64,000 bases of DNA. Source: Octopus bimaculoides (lineage: Eukaryota). The notes below the pieces were generated by a model. The model searched no databases, was not told the DNA's origin, and worked only from the letters and a program-made list of their open reading frames with translations. Positions 35,816 through 46,034 of this stretch are shown here, piece by piece (the first letter of the stretch is position 1; every line of letters begins with the position of its first letter). The translations under genes and the position numbers were made by a program. The stretch spans positions 47,567,714 to 47,631,713 of the forward strand of contig NC_068984.1 of the NCBI RefSeq assembly GCF_001194135.2. The letters are read 5' to 3'.

Positions 35816-36974
35816 AATTTAAAACTCGTAGTTCTTTTCCTTATCTTAATTGGAGAACAATTTTACAGTCAATGGTTTTTGTTTCCATTGCGAATTTGAT
35901 TTCAAGTGATCGAAGAAATTTTGACTTACTATACAATGTTAGCTTGCATATTGTGTGTGGGGGAGGGGCGTGTGTGCGCGCGTGTGGCGTATATCACGAC
36001 ATGAATTATAATACGGAAGTACTTGTATGGCATATTTTTAATTTGAAAAGGAAGTTTCTTGCAAAGATTAAAATGTAAAATATTACAAAACGTTTATAAG
36101 CAACAGAAACAGTATTATTGCCGAGAGGTAACTTTCATCCTCACTTAAACGTGGATGTTCTGTTGGAACAAACTTATCATGAAAAAAAACTCTCATGGCA
36201 ACTACCGCAGTATTGCTTGTTCTAACAAAGTATCCACGTTTAAGCGTCGATAAATAAAATATTACACGCTAGACGTACAGTTCTTTCAACCACTCTTAAA
36301 ATTACCAACGTCACTATGTATTTATATTATTGAATGGGAAACAAGTACAGAAAAGAAAAAAAAACTGGTTTTAAATGTTTAATTTAAAGAAAGGCATAAG
36401 CTTTCTAATTTACTTCTGGGAAATCTTTGCAACTCTCAGAATCTACTTCGTAGAGTTGGTTCATCTTCTGTGCTAACTAGATCATTACTTATGTCACACT
36501 TCTTCAAGACTTCATTAACAACCTTTTCTTTAATGGAATATCCAGATGTTTTTTGTAAATCACTGAGGAATGAAATACTGGAACATTTAATTTGACCAAT
36601 GGGTTACACTCCTGAACTGTGTAACTCTTGGCATATAAAATCTTTCTTTTATGGGTTTGCTTGTCCAAAAGTAGCCACTACGAAACAAAGCCAACCGGGG
36701 ATCAGTGCAATTTTGGTGCTATAATCGCGAAATATTTTCCTTAAATCGGCGATATGAACTATGGATTTATCTGTATATCTTCTTTAAAATTCCATATGAA
36801 CATCTTACCCCTATCTTCTCCATCCCCATTTTTCGTAATGTATTATTAATGCGCAGCTCAGATATGTAGAAGGCAAGGTATAAGAATAGCTATTGACAGA
36901 TAACTGCAATGCTTTAAACAGAGGCCTTCAAATTGTAGAATCAATCTTTAAGGTTTAATATATCAAGAACTGCA

Positions 36975-37175
36975 AAATGGTGCTGAAAAGTTCCAGGCTT
37001 TAAGGGTATTGAGAAAATTCTGGCGAGTTCTTTTACGGGGCTTAAAAAACTGAAGGACCGCTTCATTCAGTATGTGTGTGAATCTGAGAGAGGAATATGT
37101 TGCATAAAATCATGATTAACTGATCCTCCTGCATTTATTTTTACCCAAAGCCAGGAACCTTTTAGCAACTCCTCG
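36975..37175. mobile_element. Mariner-derived MITE, same family as 5998-6212
   Basis: GTGCTGAAAAGTTCCAGGCTTTAAG ... CCCAAAGCCAGGAACCTTTTAGCAACTCCTCG|TA. The interior is the transposase 3' end (GGCTTAAAAAACTGAAGGACCGC..TGTGTGAATCTGAGAG). Confidence 0.85.
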
Positions 37176-37574
37176 TATATTATCATGAAATTCACAAGTT
37201 TTCTTCTCTCCCTCTCTCCTGTTATTTTTTTCTTTTCTAAAGACGACAGGATATTATTTGAAAATGACCTGTTGCAATTTCTAGCAGGGAGGGAATAAAT
37301 GTAGGCGTTTCGTTTTTGCTGTTGCTTTTAATGACATGACAAAGGTCATTATAGCAGCTGTTGTGAACACAGGTCTGAAAACAGTATCATTGTGACTTAA
37401 AAACATGATTTACCCCCTAAATCTACCCATTAACTTGCAGAGTCATTACAGCAGAGGAGGTTTATAAACAAGAATAACGTTTCTCTTAGAAGTTTGTAGG
37501 GAACAACATGTCCAAGATATTTATACACTTAAATTTCGAATAGAGAGAGATATACCAGTTCATGAAATTATGCG

Positions 37575-37905
37575 AGCCTTGTGCTAAAGGCGTAAAGGTG
37601 CGTGGATTAGCGGTTAGGGTATTCGAATCACGATTGTAAGTTAGTGAGTTCCATTCTCGGCGGCACATTGTATCCAAGAGCAAGACACTTTATTTCACAT
37701 TTATTGCTCCAGTCTACTCAGCTCGCAAAATGAGTTTTACTTGTGATTCAAAGGCCAGCCTTGTCACATACTATGTTATCCTAAATCTCTCTGAGAACTA
37801 CGTTAAGTGTACGCGTGTCAGTGTAGTGCTCTGCCACTTGCACGTTAATTTCACTAGCAGGCGGTTCCGTAGCTTGGATCAACTTGAATACTTGGAGTGC
37901 CGACG
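37575..37905 (+). mobile_element. Old SINE: tRNA head + CORE-like domain (as family E) + family A 3' tail
   Basis: GAGCAAGACACTTTATTTCAC..GCTCCAGTCTACTCAGCT..AAAATGAGT, followed by AGGCCAGCCTTGTCAC..GAGAACTACGTTAAG..CCACTTGCACGTTAATTTCAC. Confidence 0.75.
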
Positions 37906-37914
37906 AAGTGCCTG

Positions 37915-38045
37915 TTTATGTTTATATTCTAGAATATATTATTATCATATTTATGTTTATATTCTAGAACATATTATCATGTTTATATTCTAAAACATAT
38001 TATTATCATATTTATATTTATATTCTAGAACATATTATTATCATA
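37915..38045. repeat. AT-rich minisatellite, ~35-bp unit x~4
   Basis: TTTATGTTTATATTCTAGAACATATTATTATCATA repeated with small indels. Confidence 0.85.
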
Positions 38046-39343
38046 CTGATTTTTTTATAAATGATATAGATAAACCGGTACTGTGAATGATGCAATGATA
38101 AACGGATAGCATAATTACAATGATATTGAATAGATTTGAATGTAAATTTCTTTCCAAGTAGAAGGTATTTAGTATTTTAACATGTTTATTCCAACTTTTC
38201 AGATAGTTTAAATAACAATGCTAAAACATGTAAAACACTGCCGGATCCTCAAATTCTAGACACGTAACTTTGAAATTGAACACAAGGAAGCCTCTCGACA
38301 TTCTACAGTTAACAACCAAACTTCACACAAATCACAGTGTCTTGAGAAGAATACTTCATATTTTAGTACTAGATCACCCTCGACAGATGCGATGTTCATG
38401 AGTGAGATGCCTTTAAACTTAAGTCTACTTAGCGACGATATGAATCTTAATAACAATTGACCACATCACAAGCACCAAGCAAAGAAATATTAGCTTGAAC
38501 TAAGAACCCTAAGATCTGAGTACCTTATGCACTATTCGCCATATCAATACGTGAGCGTGCTGAACGCGTCCATGCGTGCGTGTTTTATAACTCAACCAAC
38601 GGAAGAGCAGTAGCAGAAACAATATGAGCAAAGAAAGGGTTTCAGGAGAATAATCCTAGAGATAAAGAACTGGATGAAGCGGTTAATGCAGAAGATCTAG
38701 GAGCTGAGATATAATGAAGATAACCAAATAAGGATACAGACTTCCGTTGAATCTTCTTTATTGGAGATAATATGCTACAAAAGAATGTTCAGAAAATCTG
38801 TGGTCGCTTTAATAGCTACAGAAAACACCAAAAGATGAATCCAAGCATCTATGAGATTGTGATTGCAATGTATTGTAGAGTTAATTTGCATTTCTCACCA
38901 GTCAACTTGCAATATGTGTGTGCATGCTTATTGTGTATGAATGAATTTATAAATTAAGTGAATGTAACCTCAAATGCCTCACAAGAAAAGGAATTAAAAA
39001 GCGAGTATCCGAGGCGTTAACTAGGAGGCGTGGTTTCACCTCCCACCTGATAATCGTGTCTGATATTGTGTCGCGTAATTTGGTTTTGCAACCGCTTAAT
39101 TTTAAAATCCAAGTGGTTGTATTATTTGTTCAATGCTAGATTATTTCACACACACACACATTTGTGAGATGGTGTTTCGATCTCGCTACCCTCTCATTCC
39201 CCGATCTATATATATATATATAATAGAGAGAGAGAGAGGGAGAGAGATAATGGGATCGAAATACCACCCTCAAAAACTTGACTCTTCCACCCTCTTTAAT
39301 TTCACTCCTCCCCTACCAACAGTCTTGACTTTGGATCCACCTC

Positions 39344-39345
<2 letters not shown>

Positions 39346-39387
<42 letters not shown>

Positions 39388-39806
39388 ATATATATATATA
39401 TGTGTGTGTGTATATATATATATATGTGTGTGTGTATATATATATATATGTGTGTGTGTATATATATATATATATGTGTGTGTGTATATATATATATATG
39501 TGTGTGTGTATATNNNNNNNNNNNNNNNNNNNNNNNNNNNNNNNNNNNNNNNNNNNNNNNNNNNNNNNNNNNNNNNNNNNNNNNNNNNNNNNNNNNNNNN
39601 NNNNNNNNNNNNNNNNNNNTATATATGTGTGTGTATATATATATATGTGTGTGTGTATATATATATATGTGTGTGTGTATATATATATATGTGTGTGTGT
39701 ATATATATATATGTGTGTGTGTATATATATATATATGTGTGTGTGTGTATATATATATGTGTGTGTGTGTATATATATGTGTGTGTGTATATATATATAT
39801 ATATAT
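39346..39806. repeat. Compound (AT)n(GT)n higher-order repeat, ~20-24-bp unit, interrupted by a gap
   Basis: Regular alternation of (AT)5-7 and (GT)4-6 blocks. Confidence 0.92.
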
Positions 39807-40741
39807 GCTTGCAGAAACACTGCCCCGAGAGGTTTTTTAGTACATTATGTAATATATAAACAACTGTTCTTTCGACATATTGTCCAAAGTGTCCTCGCAG
39901 ACGTAATTAGTATGATATGACTTCAGGAAAATATTGCCGCTATTTTATAATAGCATCGATGTACGTTGATTTTTGTAAATATGTGTATTCATCACTCAAG
40001 TATATAGTGACAGGTGATTATATATAACAACCACATACATATCCTGCATCTTTAATCTGTGTAGGACTAAATTTAGCAATGTGCCCTTTCATAATTTAAA
40101 ATGGTAGGGTGTAATTTGGGGGAAATGTAACCCGATTTCTACCATGTAGGTCAATTCTGTAGAGACTTCCCGAAGCCTAAGAATTTCTCTTTCATATGGT
40201 GGTTGAACAAAATCCATGGGGAAATTATGAGTGCCTTCATCACCTCGATGAGTTGGTTATTTTTCTAAAGTGCTCTTCCCTACTTTAAGATGGTAGGGTT
40301 TACTAAGAGGGACATTTAGATGCTATTTGCAGCAGCTGGTCGACTTTGAGCGAAAGAATTGAAAACAATGTACGGATACTTCTATCCCTCATTTTCACTG
40401 TCACGGTTACGTTGCATTTTAAGGGTCACGGACGAACACGCATCGTTTCTTTCCACATAAACAGAGAAATGTCGAGTGAAGAGTCTAGCAACTTTGTCTC
40501 AAAGAAATGCTGCTGTATAACAAGAATCGTCTTATGTTGGCCGGAGGCACAATACAGCACGGAACAGAAATTAATAAGAAAACACGATGATACATCGCTT
40601 GTAAACGTATGTAATATGATGTTAGATGATTTAGTATGATATCGTTTATGATAATTTTTTTCTGCATTTGGTAAGAGCTAAAATTATACAAACAGAGAAG
40701 AACCGTAAAAATATACGCAAAATAATAATAATAATAATAAC

Positions 40742-41275
40742 GGTTTCAAATTTTGGCACAAGATCAACAATTTCGGAGGAGGGAAAGCCGATTACATTAA
40801 CCCCATTGTGCAACTGATACTTATGTTATCGACCCTGAAAGGATCAAAGACAAAGTCAATCTCTGCGGAATTTGAACTAAGAAAGTAAAGACGGATGAAA
40901 TGCTTCTAAGTCTTCTGTCGGCATGCTAACGATTCTGTCAGCTCACCACCTTAATAATAATAATAATCCTTTCTACTATAGACATATTTGGAGGAGAGGA
41001 TGAATCGATTATATCGACCCGAGTAATCAACTAGTACTTATTATTATTTCTTTACTGCCCACAAGGGGCTACACACAGAGGGGACAAACAAGGACAGACA
41101 AAGAGATTAAGTCGATTATATCGACCCCAGTGCGTAACAGGTACATATTTAATCGACTCCGAAAGGATGAAAGGCAAAGTCGACCTCGGCGGAATTTGAA
41201 CTCAGAACGTAGCGGCAGACGAAATACCGCTAAGCATTTCGCCCGGCGTGCTAACGTTTCTGCCAGCTCACCGTC
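40742..41275 (-). mobile_element. Stack of three SINE family B copies (40742-40950, ~40967-41040 partial, 41043-41275 intact)
   Basis: The intact copy reads CGGTGAGCTGGCAGAAACGTTAGCACGCCGGGCGAAATGCTTAGCGGTATTTCGTCTGCCGCTACGTTCTGAGTTCAAATTCCGCCGAGGTCGACTTTGCCTTTCATCC. The copies have different tails. Confidence 0.92.
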
Positions 41276-41288
41276 TTAATAAATAACA

Positions 41289-41391
41289 ACTTACCCAGAA
41301 AATTTCAGCAAGTTAGTGACAAAGTGAACAATCAAAAATTGCCGGTGACTTACCTGAAAAATATGAAAAAAATAAAAAAAGGCTGAGTTAG
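41289..41391 (-). promoter_or_regulatory. Candidate recursive-splice-type junction (branch point, U-rich tract, CAG|GTAAGT) followed by a 59-nt segment ending in a second GTAAGT donor
   Basis: The minus strand reads CTAAC(41391-41387)TCAGCC-long T tract-TCATATTTTTCAG|GTAAGTC at 41354/41353, and TCTGG|GTAAGT at 41295/41294. Function is inferred only. Confidence 0.4.
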
Positions 41392-44300
41392 AAATACTGA
41401 GATTATGTTTGTTATCATCAAACACTGTCATAAACACAATATCATAAACATCACTAAAGTCAACAACCATCACCATCAAAATCATCATAGTTTGACATTC
41501 ACATCATCATCCTTTCGTATTTTCTTTGTTTATATTTTCCATTCTACTATCGCTCTCCAAATACCTAGCAGTGAATGAAAGCCTTGCTTGACGCACCTAT
41601 CAGAGACACTGATGTTTAACTAGAACCCCTCTCAGATTGAGTAGATATATGATCAAAGGTTGTTGTACATCAGGTACAAATTACATTGTCAAAGCTATCC
41701 TTCTTTATTTTCCGGGATCGATGAAAGAGTACCAGTAATGTACTGATCAGTTTAATCGACTATTGTACATATGTTAGAAGCATCATGATCACAAAAAAGG
41801 CAAAATTGGTAGAGTGACGTAGAAAATCCCTAGCTTTCCGTCCCTGATTTCGAATGGCCCTGGTGATTCGCTTTGTTTTTCATTCCTCCGAAGCCAATAA
41901 CTGAATTAACTACGAGTAGTATACCCAAAATGGATGACCTTGTATAAAACCTGAATTAGAAATTCCTATTACTTCAAACTCACATCTTCTACACAATGAT
42001 ATAATTGTAATAAAAGAAAAATGCCAAAGCATCACAAATTGGAAAATTTAAATTAACCTCTTTTCAGGAGTTCATTGAATGAAAAGCAATTGGTTTCCTA
42101 CAGCCGTGTTTTACTGCTTAGGTTTTTGGCTGATGTGTTTTTCATTTGAATACGAGACGATTTCAAACGCACGAAATATATTTGGAGTAAACCCACGTAT
42201 TTAAAGTACATTAAATGTATTAATTACAGCTAATATGAAACGTCAAGAAATCTGAAAGTAGTTCTTGTCTAGCATTAAACCAGCCGTAATTATCCCATCT
42301 TATTTATCAGGCAACCTTCCTCTCAACGTGTAATTTCAGGGTGTTATTTCTAGCATATTGAGCACATACGAAGGTTACGTCTGAAAGGATTTTCCGGTGG
42401 ATCATTTACATAAAGTATTTTTACATGATAGCGCGAGTGATTATGTGTGGGATGACATTGATAGTGAAAGAAACTCAATGCTGGCATGCTTATAGTATAT
42501 AACAGGTACTAAAGGCAACACACAAAACAAACTGCGCCATGAAAGACGCATACAATACCATAAGAGGCAACGTAGTCGACTATTATAATTTACTTGCAGC
42601 GCAGCAATGTGTACATTATACAAATTTCTGGGAAAAAAATAAAAACCTTTTGAACAATATTTGTTCAGTGGCGAGAATAAATGAAATGAAAAGGAATTGT
42701 TAGTTTGTTGGACGAAATATTTCATCGTATTTGTTTTAACTCTTTACATTCTGAGATAAACCCCTCTTGAAGTCAAGCCTGACTTTCATCCCTTCGTGTT
42801 CGATACAATAAAGTACACGTTAAATATTGGGGTTGATGGTATCGATTAACCATGTTCCCAGAAAACAGCTGACCTTGTACCTGATTCACAAACTATAATT
42901 GCAATTATTATTATCAACGTTGCGGGAGGTACAAACAGTAGAGCAACGGTGGTATCACTCGTTGTGCATGCTTAGATTTTTTTACGTGCAATTCAAATCA
43001 AGCAGAGTCAGCTACAATCATTTTGCAGGGCGCATAAAACAGTACCAGGTCTGTCTAGTTCTAAATAGTAGATTGATGGTTCATTATGGATGTATCATAT
43101 TCCGACGACAAGTTATCCTTCCAAAGAGGCTAAGTGTTGTTGACATAGAATGTGATTTGATGGTTCTGTCTAATCCAGTGTCATACTGAACAAGCAAACT
43201 TATGATCAAAGTCACGTCGTTCAAATTGTTATCATCACATCTCTTTCGAGATAACAGACTACATTATCTAGTAGGTCCTTCACTTTATAGGATGATAGGG
43301 AAAGGATTATTTGAAAACGATCTGAGTGTTGTTTCCGGTAGGTCAAACAAAGAGGATAACGATGAGACAGTGTTTTCGATTTAGAATTATCTGATAAAAG
43401 AAGGGCAGTATTAATAGGGAAATTATTATTTACTTAGGTGTTCGCTGTGTTGGTATAGTGCTGTGCTAGTGTAGATGTAAATGTGTCAGTAAAAGAAGCC
43501 TTGGGTAGTGTGTGCCACTTTCACTCATCCTTCCACGTCTGGAATTCCGAGAAAGTAAAAATGGAAAACTCCAAAAATACAAAATACAAATAAAAAAAAA
43601 AAACAATGTAAAAAGCAGTAAACCAAGAATTTCTAGAATTCCTTAGAATTATTATCTTTAGAGATTCCAGAAACAACCGCCCACGCATTCACCAATCCTC
43701 AACATACTACACACAACTAAGCACCATACAACTAGCCAAAGACTAAAGTATTATATTACCAAACCCTGACCATTTAACCTACCTTCAAAAATTAAGAAAT
43801 GGATACGAAGTGGGGTTGGCGATACTAGAGAAATACCAAGATAGGCAACCAGTTCAAAATAGTAGTTTCTCTAACCCAAAGAATCTCAATGACCAAAGAT
43901 CCCTGGTTCGAGTCGCAATTTCGATCTTTGAAATATTTACCCCTTTTCTGAGGAGGTCGTTTGTTTTCTCCCACAAGAAGAAGTGCTTCCAGTTAACAAC
44001 AGTTGTGTAAACCAGAAACGAAGCAATCACATGTAGAATGTAAGCGCATCATTCTGGTAGTGCATTCAGTCAAAAAACTACGTCCATGCCGATTATTACT
44101 TCCCAGAATTAATCAATTTTATTGACTCGTCTGTTTTGCCTAATATTTATTAGATCGGTGTCGTAAGGTATGAAATTATCATTGGTTATTAGATAAGAGG
44201 AGATAACTCAGTCAGTCACCCCCTACACTAATTCCACTCCATACATGCATACACACTCATACACGTGTGTGCGTGCAAATGTGCGTGTGTGCATAAATGT

Positions 44301-44547
44301 ATGGAGTGGTATTTAAGTACTTTGGAAACAATGCACATTGGCTAAAAGGATTGCGTAGGTAAATACTTTAGTCGAAATACAGATTAAGCAGAAATATAAT
44401 ACTGTCCGCCGAAATTTTAAATGTTTACTTGTTTGAGTCATTTGACTGTGGCCACAATTATATACACATACAGGCATATATATATATATATATATATNNN
44501 NNNNNNNNNNNNNNNNNNNNNNNNNNNNNNNNNNNNNNNNNNNNNNN

Positions 44548-44747
44548 GATTATTATGATTGACCGTTGACTGAACACTATTCAATTTTTTTTCTCCGTGT
44601 TTTTCTCCTTGTCTCCGTATTCTTTCTGTTGAAGAGCGTAGCTCGAAACGTCAAAGACTTTCCGTATTCCCGAGCATCATACTAATATATACCTTTGTTA
44701 TTTACACCACCTGTCCTCGTCTGCTGTTATTATTTGTATATTCTCCC

Positions 44748-44750
<3 letters not shown>
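44548..44750 (+). mobile_element. Penelope-like-element-type fragment with minimal hammerhead-like motif (44621-44657)
   Basis: TCTTT-CTGTTGA-A-GAGC-GTA-GCTC-GAAA-CG-TC-AAAGA: perfect 5-bp helix I, 4-bp helix II, GUC-type site. The core differs from CUGANGA at A6 (U). Confidence 0.5.
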
Positions 44751-44782
<32 letters not shown>

Positions 44783-44870
44783 TATACATACAAGCATATA
44801 TGTATACATATACACTTATATACATGCACGCATATGTATATATATATATATATATACATACACACACTTA

Positions 44871-46034
44871 TGAGTGTACTGAAAAGTTACTGGCTTTGAG
44901 AAAAAGAAAATACAGGAGAATCAATAGATTATGATTTTTTTCCACGTTCTCCTCGCAGATTCACACACTTATTGCAGCGGTCCTTCAGTTTTTCTAAGCC
45001 CTGTAAAAGGAACTCGGAACGTTGGGCCTCAAACCAGGCTTCTGCAGTAGCGATCATTTCCGAATCAGTGTGAAATGTATTCCCTAGAGTTGTTTCTGTA
45101 GTTGTGAAAAAAGGTGATAGTCGGATGGGCCCAGTTAGGAGAGTAAGGTGGGTGGTCTACAAGTTCAAAGCTAAAATTGGATGAGCTTTCAACGGCGTTT
45201 CTTTTTCAAAGCTTGACACAGTTCGTCCAGCAGTTGATGATGCGATCCTCTGGCAGGTAATTTATGAGTGTTCTGTCTTTGTCTCAGAACACCGAAGCCA
45301 AATTATTTCCAGCTTTTCTCTGGGTCTGAAACTTCTTGGGACGCGGTGAACTGCTATGGCTCTACACCATAGTTTGCTGCGTGGTCTGGGGATCAAAATG
45401 ATGAGTCTAAGATTCATCAACTGTAACTAAACGAGCAATAAAATCAGCCTCTCCCGCTGCAAACCGGTCCAAAATCGCCTTTGATGTCGTCACTCTGATG
45501 CGCTTCTGATCTGCGTTCAGGCATTTCGGCACTAATTTTATGGAAAGCTTTCTCATGTCTAGAATGTTGTGGATGATGTCGCCAATTTGCGGAAAAGCCC
45601 CAGTGTCTCAGCTACGATTTTAGCTAAAATTCAGCGGTCCTCGAGAATCATGACGTGCTTTGTCCTTTGTGGTCGCGGAAGCTGGCTATTTTGGCTGGGT
45701 TTCATCTGCGACCTCGAAATGACCAGTCCAAAACCTTGACATCGAGCTTTCCAGTTTGGTGTAAGAGGGGCAGCCATTTTTCATGTCATTCTTAATCTTG
45801 CCATGGATTTTCGCTGTTCCTTTGCCTTGAAAAAAAAAAAAAAAAAAAGGGACTTTATGACTGTCAGTACTTCACTTCTATCACAACCCACTATATAAGC
45901 TGCCATCATACGTTAAAGCTGCAAAAAAGAGAAAGATTTAGCCTATCTTTTCGTAAATAGATACCTCCCCCTGTAAAGTTAACAACTCTAACCTTTCACG
46001 ATATCCATAAAGCGAAGAAATTTTCGGCATCCCC
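44871..46034 (-). mobile_element. Decayed mariner transposon with both TIRs and transposase pseudogene
   Basis: Minus-strand remnants: QGKGTAKIHG..CPSY; KLSIKLVPKCLNADQKR (WVP motif); RLVTVDES*THHFDPQT (first D); DHPPYSP..PSDYHLF; C-terminal LEKLKDRCNKCVNLRGE-type end. TA flanks both ends. The HDNA (second D) region appears deleted. Confidence 0.92.

Noticed and set aside
40465-40605. Plus-strand candidate exon (MSSEESSNFVSKKCCC...)
   Set aside because: Splice signals are only moderate, no partner exons were found, and the peptide is unrecognised.
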